DNA from: a virus
Length of the DNA: 64,000 bases
Virus record (IMG/VR): IMGVR_UViG_3300028029_000007
Location: 22,046 to 86,045 of that record
Strand: one strand, 5' to 3'
The notes beneath the pieces were generated by a model. It worked only from the letters and a program-made list of their open reading frames with translations, did not search any database and had not been told where the DNA came from. Position numbers and translations under genes: made by a program. Shown piece after piece: positions 1 through 10,088 of this stretch (position 1 is the stretch's first letter; every line of letters starts with the position of its first letter).

Positions 1-344
1 ACAGGGCAATGCTTGGGGTACGCACACACAGAACCAAGTGTGTATAAGTACTCAGTATTATACTTTAGTACTGCATCGAATATATTACAGGTCATTTTAG
101 AGTTCAAATGAATAAAATCAGCTGGTGCCTTCTTATTTGCACCAATTCCGCCACAGATGGCCGCCATATGAAGAACCACATCGGGTCTTTCCCGGTTAAA
201 AAGTTCCTTAACAGCATCTAATCTTAATAGGTTGAATTCTTTTGAAGTTGGATAAATAACTTCCACCCCAATTGCTCTCTTAAACTTATCTTTAATATGT
301 TTTCCTAAGAACCCATTACCACCTGTGACTAAAACTCTCTTCAT
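1..344 (-). CDS. fcl: GDP-L-fucose synthase (GDP-4-keto-6-deoxymannose epimerase/reductase), 5' part; runs off the window
   Basis: Not in ORF track; my translation from ATG 344: MKRVLVTGGNGFLGKH...PDVVLHMAAICGGIGANKKAPADFIHLN...LGSVCAYPKHCP. Has the GxxGxxG, AAxxGGIGAN and GSxCxYPK motifs of Fcl/WcaG; ATGA overlap with the gmd stop. Confidence 0.9.
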   Translation of the reverse strand, partial: MKRVLVTGGNGFLGKHIKDKFKRAIGVEVIYPTSKEFNLLRLDAVKELFNRERPDVVLHMAAICGGIGANKKAPADFIHLNSKMTCNIFDAVLKYNTEYLYTLGSVCAYPKHCP

Positions 345-1339
345 TCATTATCCTTGAGTAATTTTTCTTTCCTTGCTAAGTCAAGATCATACTCAACCAT
401 CTCCTCGACAAGTTTATCAAATGAATACTCTGGCTCCCAACCTAATGCTGCCTTAATTTTAGCAGGGTTACACTTCAAATGGTCAACTTCTGATGGTCTT
501 AGATACTTTGGGTCGAACTCAACATGCTTATCAACATCCAACCCAACCTTATCGAATACAAGGTGAAGAAATTCTTTAACAGAATGTGATTCTCCAGACC
601 CAATTGCAAAATCTGCAGGAGAGTCAGCAATTGCCATCATGAATTGAGCCCGAGCTATGTCCTTTGCATGTGACCAATCACGCCTGGCATCAAGATTTCC
701 AAGATAAAGTTTATCCTGAAGACCGTATTTAATCCTGGCTGCTGCCTGGGTAATCTTCTTTGTAACGAACGTGCCTCCACGACGCTCGCTTTCGTGGTTG
801 AAACTAATGCTATTAGACGCATGCATACCATAAGCCTCTCTATAGTTAACCGTAGCCCAATATCCTGCTATCTTAGCAGCTGCATATGGCGACCTAGGGT
901 GAAAGGGGGTGTCTTCATCCTGGGGTGCAGAAGTAGACCCATACAGCTCTGATGTACTAGACTGCACAAACCTTGTGTCCGGTGAATACCTCTTAATAGC
1001 ATCTAGGCACCTAACAACACCTGTGGCATCAATATCAAATGTATATTCAGGTATCTCAAATGATACTCGAACATGTGACTGTGCTGCCATATTAAAGAAT
1101 AAATCAGGCTTAGCATCTTGAACTAATGAGATGATAGAGGATGAGTCCGCTAAATCTCCATACACAAGCTCAATGGAGTCATCTACATGAGAGTCTTCTA
1201 ATATGTGATTAATTCGCTCAGTGTTAAAAACAGAACACCTTCTGCGAAGTCCGTAGACCTTGTACCCTTCTTTTAGAAGAATCTCTGAAAGATAAGAGCC
1301 TGTTTGACCTGTTATTCCTGTAATTACTGCTGTCTTCAT
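341..1339 (-). CDS. gmd: GDP-mannose 4,6-dehydratase
   Basis: ITGITGQTGSYL, AAQSHVRVSF, SSTSELYG, PFHPRSPYAAAK, FNHESERRG.TFVTKKIT and LGNLDARRDW motifs. Confidence 0.97.
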   Translation of the reverse strand: MKTAVITGITGQTGSYLSEILLKEGYKVYGLRRRCSVFNTERINHILEDSHVDDSIELVYGDLADSSSIISLVQDAKPDLFFNMAAQSHVRVSFEIPEYTFDIDATGVVRCLDAIKRYSPDTRFVQSSTSELYGSTSAPQDEDTPFHPRSPYAAAKIAGYWATVNYREAYGMHASNSISFNHESERRGGTFVTKKITQAAARIKYGLQDKLYLGNLDARRDWSHAKDIARAQFMMAIADSPADFAIGSGESHSVKEFLHLVFDKVGLDVDKHVEFDPKYLRPSEVDHLKCNPAKIKAALGWEPEYSFDKLVEEMVEYDLDLARKEKLLKDNE

Positions 1340-2196
1340 GTTTTCTCCGTAAAGTTCTCAACTCTTTCTATAACAAGCCTTTCAGAGCCCCAGTCCCTTC
1401 CCTCATTTACGACTGTAACTTTGTTTCTCCTATTACTTTCAAGGTGTTTTGTGTTAAGTTTTCTGGCAACTTCCCAGAGTGGATTGTGCCTAACCCTCTT
1501 AGGATCCTTGCGATCTTCTGTTGCATGTTCTTGGTGGATTCCTTTAATATCCATTTGATGAACGGGCCTTGCCCCGATAAGGCTTAGCCTATCTGCAAAG
1601 TCATCATCATCACCACAAATTCCCCTCATGAACTGCTCATCACAGCCGCCCATATCCATAATGGCTTCTCTTGGGCATGCGGCCCAAAACCAATAGAAAT
1701 TCTTCACGGTAATATCTGGATAACCGTTCTTTGCTATTGGAAGGGAAAATAGTTTCTTAAAAGAATGGTCCTCCATGTCCGGATTCTTATCCATTAAATT
1801 CACGAACTTATTATGTGAAAATTGGACGTGTCCAAAAGCTGATACTCCTATCCTTGCTGTATCATAAGAAATATCAAGAACGTTTTCATCAATCATAATC
1901 TCAGGTCCGGCTATGGCAATGACATCACCCTTAGACGATTTGAATCCAACATTGTTTGACAAAGCCGGACCCCAATAAATTGGAAAGTCATTAAGCTTGG
2001 AATCCATCTTAATATACTGCCAGTTCAAATCTGAAGCATACTCCCTCAACGTACCAAGAACATCTTCATCAGATGAGTCATCCACAACAACAAGCTCCCA
2101 GTCTTCCCTGGACATGTTCTGCTTATTATATTGTTTTAGAGACCTTCGAAATAATTTAGTTCTATTTTTTATTGATATTACTATCGAGACTTTCAT
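1336..2196 (-). CDS. GT2-family glycosyltransferase
   Basis: VSIVISIKNR...ELVVVDDSSDE N-terminus; GGCDEQFMRGICGDDDDFADRL (GalT-like C-terminal motif). Confidence 0.85.
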   Translation of the reverse strand: MKVSIVISIKNRTKLFRRSLKQYNKQNMSREDWELVVVDDSSDEDVLGTLREYASDLNWQYIKMDSKLNDFPIYWGPALSNNVGFKSSKGDVIAIAGPEIMIDENVLDISYDTARIGVSAFGHVQFSHNKFVNLMDKNPDMEDHSFKKLFSLPIAKNGYPDITVKNFYWFWAACPREAIMDMGGCDEQFMRGICGDDDDFADRLSLIGARPVHQMDIKGIHQEHATEDRKDPKRVRHNPLWEVARKLNTKHLESNRRNKVTVVNEGRDWGSERLVIERVENFTEKT

Positions 2197-2555
2197 TAAA
2201 ACCCAAGGCTTCGTAGTTCATAATTTTTATGAGCGTACTTCTTTAATATACCCGACATCCTCATAAATTTCAAACATAACTATGACTTTAAATTTATTAT
2301 TATTCATATCAGGACCCTCACCAATCTGTTTAAGAGAATTATTAAAATCCTCAGATAAATATTCCACTCTTAATATGTAGAAATCTTTTAATATGCTCTT
2401 ATAATTATTAATGCTTAAATTATTTTAGTCCAAAACTTTATGTAAAAATTTTCCAATTCAAAATCCCTTATACATTGAGAATAATTCATGGAGTTCGCCT
2501 TATCATAGGAAAATTTTATGCTATCGACATCTTTACTGACAGCGATGAAGCATGG
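2196..2555 (-). pseudogene. Frameshifted relic resembling the C-terminus of a sulfotransferase (Sulfotransfer_2-like)
   Basis: Broken minus-strand frames give ...YILRVEYLSEDFNNSLKQIG... (cf. FIGRFENLxEDFxxxLxxIG) and ...KKYAHKNYELRSLGF*, whose TAA overlaps the next ATG (TAATG). Confidence 0.4.
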
Positions 2556-3258
<703 letters not shown>

Positions 3259-3266
3259 ATCTTCTC

Positions 3267-3497
3267 CTATGTATATCCTAATAACTTCATGGCCGGAGCT
3301 AGGCCACTTTCTAATACCACAACATTACCTGGATTTGCTATAACTCTTGGATACCTATACGATCCAACAACAATTTCCTTCCTGTATTCAGATATCCACT
3401 GTGCTTTTGAAATAACAGAACCAGGAAACAGATCTGTCAATACCTGAAATAGTAAGGAAGATCCTATTATAGGCATGCTAAACTGTATTATATTCAT
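3267..3497 (-). pseudogene. Internally deleted, degenerate PAPS-dependent sulfotransferase-like ORF (76 aa)
   Basis: MNIIQFSMPIIGSSLLFQVL resembles the 5'-PSB loop (PRSGSTLL); SYRYPRV resembles the 3'-PB motif (YRDPRD); ends MKLLGY like the family C-terminus; far too short for the fold. Confidence 0.5.
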
Positions 3498-3513
3498 CCA
3501 TTTAATTAAAAAT

Positions 3514-4707
3514 TCAGGACTTACCAACCAGATCCGGTTCCTTTCCAGACCATGTAGACGTGCAAATTATCTTGTCCATTTGACAATTATCCGCATACTC
3601 TTTAGCCACTTCAAATAGCTCATCAACTAACCCTTCGCTCAAAGTAATTGGTTTCAATCCGAGAGATTTAAACTTCTCCCTAACAACCCTAAGCTCATTC
3701 TCAGCATCTTCGTTTCTTGGATTGTCATAGTACCTAATTTCAGCACCGGTCTTATCAGCAATGAGTTTTGCCAAATCCCTTACGCGATGTGTCTCTGTAA
3801 CCTGATTGAAAATTTCAACACGTTCTCCCTTAGCTGGTGGGTTTGCGATAGCGAGCATAATGCAATTAACAGTATCTCTGATATTTATGAAAGCTCTAGT
3901 TTGACCTCCCGTTCCATGAACGGTTAGAGGATGCTTAACAGCCGCCTGTATGATAAACCTATTGAGAACGGTTCCGTAATCCCCATCATAGCTAAATCTA
4001 TTTGCCAATCTGGAGTCCAATGATGTTTCATCGGTATTCACTCCCCAAACAATTCCCTGATGAAGATCTGTAATCCTAGTCTCATCATTCTTGTTGTAGT
4101 AGTGAAACATTAGAGCATCTAGTGTTTTAGTCATGTGATAAACGGAACCTGCATTAGCTGGGTAAAGAATTTCAACATTCTTTTTTCCCTGAGGGGTATC
4201 CACATTAATACTGAGATATCCCTCAGGAATCTTCATGCCAGCAGTTCCATATCCATACACGCCCATAGTTCCAAGGTGAACTAAATGAATATCTAAACCT
4301 GACTCAACAATACCTGCAAGAACATTGGATGTAGCAGAAACATTATTGTCTACCGTAAACCTCTTGAACTTTGAATTTTTCATTGAGTACGGAGCGGATC
4401 TCTGCTCTGCAAAATGCGCTATTGTTTCAGGCTTCTTATCCTTAATAAGCGCCAAGAACTGATCGTAATCCTTAGATAGATCTAGATTAACGAAATTGAT
4501 ATCCTTTCCGGTAACCTCCTTCCACGCAGAAATTCTATTATTAATAGGTTGAACTGGGGTTAAAGAATCAACTTCCAGATCTATATTAATCTTTCTACGT
4601 GATAGATTATCGATTATGGTTACATCATAACCAGCTTTGGATAACTTCAGACTTACGGGCCAGCCACAAAAACCATCACCGCCCAATACAAAAACATGCC
4701 TTTTCAT
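3514..4707 (-). CDS. sqdB: UDP-sulfoquinovose synthase
   Basis: VLGGDGFCGWP, HFAEQRSAPYSM, HLVHLGTMGVYG, GSVYHMTK, TDLHQGIVWG and YDGDYGTVLNRF motifs of SqdB/SQD1/Agl3. Confidence 0.95.
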   Translation of the reverse strand: MKRHVFVLGGDGFCGWPVSLKLSKAGYDVTIIDNLSRRKINIDLEVDSLTPVQPINNRISAWKEVTGKDINFVNLDLSKDYDQFLALIKDKKPETIAHFAEQRSAPYSMKNSKFKRFTVDNNVSATSNVLAGIVESGLDIHLVHLGTMGVYGYGTAGMKIPEGYLSINVDTPQGKKNVEILYPANAGSVYHMTKTLDALMFHYYNKNDETRITDLHQGIVWGVNTDETSLDSRLANRFSYDGDYGTVLNRFIIQAAVKHPLTVHGTGGQTRAFINIRDTVNCIMLAIANPPAKGERVEIFNQVTETHRVRDLAKLIADKTGAEIRYYDNPRNEDAENELRVVREKFKSLGLKPITLSEGLVDELFEVAKEYADNCQMDKIICTSTWSGKEPDLVGKS

Positions 4708-5456
4708 TTCCCTACCCCTTTATTATTCTCATCTGGTGGTAACCAAAAATCTTTAGTCCAAGTTCTATGCGGTTTATCCGGTCCTCTTACAGGTAGCCGG
4801 GAGCATACAACTAACTCATTGTTCTCAGGAGCCTTTTCGTAACACCACCAACTAGTTCCGGGAACTAACTCCATATTCATTTTGTGAAATAATGAAGAAG
4901 CTATTGGTTGTTCCCCACGGGAACCAAACTGCTCCATCCTGTTTAGCTCTACCTTAGCTCCCTTGAATGGAGCGCGAGACGGTACGTTCCAAAGCTTTTC
5001 CCTTGCGGACCTTTCCCATTCATCTAGCCATGCACGATTTCTTTTATGGAGGCCAAAAAATGCTGTAGAAGTTTCCGGAATATTAAAGGCTTCTTCACGG
5101 GTTAATCCAACCCATTTCAATGCATCATCTGAAATCCACTGGCCAACCTTCCAGCCATCATTAGTGGCAAAGTGACCATGTTCTTCAATGTGCTCCCACA
5201 TTCTATCCAGCTTATCTAGAACAGTCAGTTTTGAATCAAGCCATAAAACCATATCGTAATCTTCATCGAAGGCTTGCTGCATTAGAAATGGTTTATATCC
5301 CATTGGTATCTGGGATTGATTGGGACAGCCAGGGGGGTATTCAGCAGCAAATACCCTATGCTCCTCACCATGCTTTTTCAAACTCCATTCTAACCTTCTT
5401 GCCTCTCTGGCAAAATAATGATCCGTTCCAAGAGATACTACTAAAGTTTTACTCAT
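4704..5456 (-). CDS. Putative GT-A fold nucleotide-sugar transferase
   Basis: YKPFLMQQAF...MVLWLDS (DxD-like) and late EQPIAS pattern; cluster context. Confidence 0.6.
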   Translation of the reverse strand: MSKTLVVSLGTDHYFAREARRLEWSLKKHGEEHRVFAAEYPPGCPNQSQIPMGYKPFLMQQAFDEDYDMVLWLDSKLTVLDKLDRMWEHIEEHGHFATNDGWKVGQWISDDALKWVGLTREEAFNIPETSTAFFGLHKRNRAWLDEWERSAREKLWNVPSRAPFKGAKVELNRMEQFGSRGEQPIASSLFHKMNMELVPGTSWWCYEKAPENNELVVCSRLPVRGPDKPHRTWTKDFWLPPDENNKGVGK

Positions 5457-5489
5457 AAACCCTCCTACTCATCATGTATAAATATATCA

Positions 5490-6344
5490 TTAACCTATCC
5501 CCTTTTTTATATGATAATTAATGTTTTTTCCGATATCTAAAAGAACGTTCATAGATTTAAGATGTTCAAGGCCATGATAATTATCGGTATAAATATTACA
5601 CCAGGAAAATTCGGCCCAAACCAACTGTATCTTCTCTATTAAATCCTTAGCGGTGAGGGCTTTAATGTGAACATTTGGATAGATTCTGCCAGATAAATTA
5701 TGAGGAGCATTCTTTTTGACGGCCCAGGCCCTGTTGTACCTATTGGTATCTGAATTTCCTGAATTTACCCTATGAAGCTCATCCTTAGAATCCATGAAGT
5801 GGTTCATTTTAAGAGACGGATTCTTAAGTATCTTACCGCCAGCAGATAGTGCCTTGAGACAAAAATCAATATCAGATGCATATGTAATATAGTCTTCTGA
5901 CCAGTAATCCACCCGTTTCATAAGTTCTTTAGTGCAAAACCCAACCGGGGTAATATCTTTATATACATGCCACCCGTTACCATCATTGTTATTCATTGAC
6001 ATTGAAATAATATCAAGATCTCCCATTTTGGGCAAATCTTTAGATGCTAATTTAAACAGGTCTGGATCAAGTACTAAGTCATCTGATAGCCATGTAAGAT
6101 ACTTATACTTAGCAAGTCTAAATGCTTTATTATAAGCCCTTGTAACGCCGTGTAGCCCATTTTCTTTAATTAGGGTAACGCCCCTGCAGGATTCTAGATA
6201 TTTGATTAGATCAGGCTTGGACCCACCATCCACAATTATAATATCAGGTTCAACACCAATAGAATCATAATTTTCATATACTGATTTTAATAAATTCTTT
6301 ATTTTTTGTGTCCTATCTTTTGAACCAAGAATACATGATATCAT
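5490..6344 (-). CDS. GT2-family glycosyltransferase
   Basis: IIIVDGGS, GVTRAYNKAF, WLSDD and YASDIDFCLK motifs. Confidence 0.85.
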   Translation of the reverse strand: MISCILGSKDRTQKIKNLLKSVYENYDSIGVEPDIIIVDGGSKPDLIKYLESCRGVTLIKENGLHGVTRAYNKAFRLAKYKYLTWLSDDLVLDPDLFKLASKDLPKMGDLDIISMSMNNNDGNGWHVYKDITPVGFCTKELMKRVDYWSEDYITYASDIDFCLKALSAGGKILKNPSLKMNHFMDSKDELHRVNSGNSDTNRYNRAWAVKKNAPHNLSGRIYPNVHIKALTAKDLIEKIQLVWAEFSWCNIYTDNYHGLEHLKSMNVLLDIGKNINYHIKKGIG

Positions 6345-7300
6345 TGCAACCCCACCATTCTTAATAACTCAGCAGCCCTGTTGAAATATGAGTGTTCTCT
6401 CAAAACCAACTCTGCTCCAGCCCTGCCAATTTCATTTGCCCTTCCCGGATTTGCCTTTAACCATTCAAGCTTCTTTGGAATATCTTCTATCTTATTAACC
6501 ATTACAACATTCTCCATATCTGAGAAGTAAGCTTCCCACCCAGGAAACGTCCAGGAGATTGTTGGCCTTGCAGATGCTAGACACATCAATAACCTATCAG
6601 AAAAGTAAAGATATTCTGAATTAAAATTTGATATACTAAGGCACGCAAATGATTGAGCGTAAATATTGTTTACACCTGACTGAGCAATGGACTTGTGCTT
6701 ATTACCCCAATTACCTCCAAACAAGCCAAATCTATCCTTGTATTTATTTAAAAGTAGTGTTACCGCCTGCGTTCTCAGCTTAGAATCAGGGAAAATATTG
6801 TCTTCATACTTTGCTGCTGCAAATGATAAGTCATATTTGAACTCTTTTTTATTCTGTGGAAAATATAGTTTTGGATTGTATCCAATCTGCCAGTACCTAA
6901 CATCTTTATTAATTAATTTTGATTTATATAAATCTATCTGGCCAACAGATGATATTAGAGATATATCAACTCCTCTAGATGCATCTACGAACTCTCCGGG
7001 AACATTTTTCCTAATATCTCCAGTCCAATTTGTTATGACTGCATTAGGGCAGATTCTCTTTGATTCCGCAAGTGTCGCTCCGTTTATTATAGAGGTAAAT
7101 TGAAGCTGCATATGTATCAGGTCTGGCTTAATACTTTCCACCACAGATAAGAACTCTTTTCTAGCAATAGCTGGATTTCTCTGATTTTTTTTGCTAAAAT
7201 AATCAAAAATTGTAAGATCAACTCCACACGCTTTGAATGCATCATACATTCCGGTTTGTTTAATTGCACCATTTAATGGAAGATATAAAACTTTTATCAT
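6341..7300 (-). CDS. GT-B glycosyltransferase, CgeB/Glyco_trans_1_2-like
   Basis: WTGDIR, GYNPKLYFP, FSDRLLMCLASA and IGRAGAELVLREHSYFNRA C-terminal motifs. Confidence 0.8.
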   Translation of the reverse strand: MIKVLYLPLNGAIKQTGMYDAFKACGVDLTIFDYFSKKNQRNPAIARKEFLSVVESIKPDLIHMQLQFTSIINGATLAESKRICPNAVITNWTGDIRKNVPGEFVDASRGVDISLISSVGQIDLYKSKLINKDVRYWQIGYNPKLYFPQNKKEFKYDLSFAAAKYEDNIFPDSKLRTQAVTLLLNKYKDRFGLFGGNWGNKHKSIAQSGVNNIYAQSFACLSISNFNSEYLYFSDRLLMCLASARPTISWTFPGWEAYFSDMENVVMVNKIEDIPKKLEWLKANPGRANEIGRAGAELVLREHSYFNRAAELLRMVGLQ

Positions 7301-9333
7301 TATCCCTCCTGCATAATCATAAGAGAACTCTTAATGTTATTATTGTAAGATTCCATATCTAAATTGGGAGCCCTACCAGTTGATTTATATGTATCCAAAA
7401 CTGCTTGAACATAGTTCGGGGATAAATTTTTACCGGTAAGAACTGATTTAACTACATTTGATTCTGGCTTACTTATACCTAACCAGTTATTTGTCGTCAC
7501 TATATCTTTTTTTGCCATAAGGGCAAAGTCTAAAAGTCCAGAGTAGTAATGTATGTTTTCAGGAAAGTCTATCACACAGTCAGCGTGGTAGATTAATGAA
7601 AGAAGTTTTGAATACGGTATGTTTTCGTTGTAGGTATCAACTTTAAGTTGAGTGCCTCTATGGCCAAGTACAACAAGTTTTTTATCTACATTGTAAAAAT
7701 TTACAAAGTTAATAGTGGAACTATACGTTCTCGATATTAGAAGGTTATACTTTTTAGAAACCTGACGTGGTTCTGGGGGTTTAAATGGCCAAAACTTAGG
7801 AACATAAAGCACTCTTTTAATCCCAGGAATACCTCTCAAGTATTGAGCGTTAACTAAAGATGGAGTAAAAATAACATCAGTACCCTTTAGAATGTCAATC
7901 TGCTGATTCGCTAATGAAGAATTGAACTCTTCAAGCATAATTTTCTTATACTTTAAAAGATTATCAGTATCTGTCATTAATATAGAGTCACTAACATTGG
8001 AGCCTTTGTATTTACACTTTTTAAGAAGAAGTGAGTCTACAGTTATTCCATCAAATAGATTAGCAAATTTTGCTACCCATTTATTCATTGAATGAGTGCA
8101 TGGTTTTAAATTCAAAACTACATCTGAGTTAAATGGCGTTCCATAAGTCTCAGCATCTACGCTGGAGAAATTTTGTATGTCTCTTTTAAAGTTATCAATA
8201 GACATATTTTTTTCGAGGCATTTCATAATCACAGGATCTGTGAGTGCCCCTTTTATGCCAGATAGGTGAGAGTGAACGGCCGAATTTTTTGAAATGAATA
8301 TCCTTGATACCCAGATATTTCCATCTGATGGACCGGAACGATTTATCTCAAGTTTATATGGCCCCGAATCCGTAGTTAAAAATGGAATATTAACAGAATC
8401 ATCTGGGCCAATATACAGCGTTTTATTTAGATTTGAACCACTTATTGAAATGGATACCCTGCCATTGCCATCCATATTTTTAGCGCTCATAACTAAAACA
8501 TACTTGAAACCTTTTTCAATAGTAATGTCTGGTATTATTATCGCACCGTATCTTCCAATAGACATTCCACCAGGTAAAATTCCGGTATCCTTACTTTGAT
8601 GAGTACTTGACTCGGTTGGTTTAAAATCAAAGGCTAATGAGCGTTCCAGTATATTTTCAAAACCAGATTCGGAAGGTTCACCTACTGGAGCTAAAGAAGA
8701 TGCATTTCTTACAGGTTCAAGAAAGTTAGGAAATTTATCAATATACTTAATATTAACTTTAAGCTTAACAATCTCACATAGACCAAGAAACCTAGTAAAC
8801 CCCTCCTCTTGTTTGTACATATTTGGAGGCTCTGTCTCAACATATATAGGCTTCCCAGCTGCCTGCAGTGATGAGCCTTCATTGGCGAATACCCGATTAC
8901 CAACTATCCTTATAAACTTACGCTTACATTTATTAAGCTCAACCTTCATATCAATGCCATCATTATGCTCCACTTTGGAGTCGCTCATTAATGATACAGA
9001 CATAAGCTCAATGTTTCCTATTCCGGATGACGGTCTCAGAACATTAAATGATTTAGATTTTGAAAGATCTACGGTTATATTTTCGAAAACTTTTGAAACT
9101 ATATTGTAATTTGTGGCCTCATCTTTAGAAATGATAGCTACAAGACCGTTACCAGAAACCCTTTTGAACCTTAATTGGCAAGATTGGGCTCCTGTAAATT
9201 TGGAAAAATCAAATGATACAAAGCCAAATTTTCCCTCTATAGAGCATGAGTTAAGACTGAACTTACAAAACTTTTGCATCGTCGAATAGTCCTGTAAGCC
9301 CTTGCCTACTAGCTTAGATATTACAAATGTCAT
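7300..9333 (-). CDS. 677-aa protein: two beta-sandwich-like repeats plus a degenerate C-terminal GT-B-like region
   Basis: Internal similarity KRVSGNGLVAI..RPSSGIGNIEL / KNMDGNGRVSI..RSGPSDGNIWV; C-terminal IFTPSLVNAQYL, IPYSKLLSLIYHADCVI, SGLLDFALMAKKDIVTTN resemble GT4. Confidence 0.5.
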   Translation of the reverse strand: MTFVISKLVGKGLQDYSTMQKFCKFSLNSCSIEGKFGFVSFDFSKFTGAQSCQLRFKRVSGNGLVAIISKDEATNYNIVSKVFENITVDLSKSKSFNVLRPSSGIGNIELMSVSLMSDSKVEHNDGIDMKVELNKCKRKFIRIVGNRVFANEGSSLQAAGKPIYVETEPPNMYKQEEGFTRFLGLCEIVKLKVNIKYIDKFPNFLEPVRNASSLAPVGEPSESGFENILERSLAFDFKPTESSTHQSKDTGILPGGMSIGRYGAIIIPDITIEKGFKYVLVMSAKNMDGNGRVSISISGSNLNKTLYIGPDDSVNIPFLTTDSGPYKLEINRSGPSDGNIWVSRIFISKNSAVHSHLSGIKGALTDPVIMKCLEKNMSIDNFKRDIQNFSSVDAETYGTPFNSDVVLNLKPCTHSMNKWVAKFANLFDGITVDSLLLKKCKYKGSNVSDSILMTDTDNLLKYKKIMLEEFNSSLANQQIDILKGTDVIFTPSLVNAQYLRGIPGIKRVLYVPKFWPFKPPEPRQVSKKYNLLISRTYSSTINFVNFYNVDKKLVVLGHRGTQLKVDTYNENIPYSKLLSLIYHADCVIDFPENIHYYSGLLDFALMAKKDIVTTNNWLGISKPESNVVKSVLTGKNLSPNYVQAVLDTYKSTGRAPNLDMESYNNNIKSSLMIMQEG

Positions 9334-10088
9334 TAGTCTTCCTTGTAGGGAATATATAACTGTTTTTCCCTTCTAGCATATGCCCCACAATTAGCATTAA
9401 ATTGAGCTAGATTGTTTTTATGCATCTCAGTTTTAAATTCCCTATATTCGCCCTGATCAAGCTCACCAACTCCAAAGTGATTACCCATTGTCTCAATGTA
9501 CCCAAGGCCAAAGCCGGCGACACGAGCCCTCATCCCATAGTCAGCATCTTCCTCCCCATAGAGACCGTACTCAGTATTAAAATATCCAAGCATCTTCTGG
9601 AGCTTTGCCTGGAAGACGATACATGCAGTTCCTAAATTTCCCCTTGGCTTTGTCTGAAATGTATAATCATTTGATGTTATCATTGGATACTTGATATCCT
9701 CCATATTTACACCAATCATCGCGTACTTTGGATTAGCAGTCATAATATTAACGCACTCAGAAAGCCACCCATCTGGAACTTCAACGTCATTATCCATTGT
9801 ACAAAACCAATCTGTATCCAGGGCCACAGCCCCTTTCAAACACTGATTCCTGCCAATGGCGATGCCCTTATTTTCATCATTAAAAACGGTTTCATATTTG
9901 GCGCAGTTCATGTGAGGCTTATAATCCTCTAAGAACTCTTTCGTTCCATCTTCCGAGCCATTATCAACGATTACCAAATTGTAATATGTTTTAGTATTGT
10001 CCTCAATTGATTGTAATGTTCTCTTTGTTAAATCAAGACGATTATACGTCACCATCATCAGTGTAATGACATCTTTATTATCACTCAT
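9333..10088 (-). CDS. GT2-family glycosyltransferase
   Basis: MMVTYNRL, IVDNGSEDGT, NKGIAIGRN, MDNDV and YGEEDADYGMR motifs. Confidence 0.9.
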   Translation of the reverse strand: MSDNKDVITLMMVTYNRLDLTKRTLQSIEDNTKTYYNLVIVDNGSEDGTKEFLEDYKPHMNCAKYETVFNDENKGIAIGRNQCLKGAVALDTDWFCTMDNDVEVPDGWLSECVNIMTANPKYAMIGVNMEDIKYPMITSNDYTFQTKPRGNLGTACIVFQAKLQKMLGYFNTEYGLYGEEDADYGMRARVAGFGLGYIETMGNHFGVGELDQGEYREFKTEMHKNNLAQFNANCGAYARREKQLYIPYKED

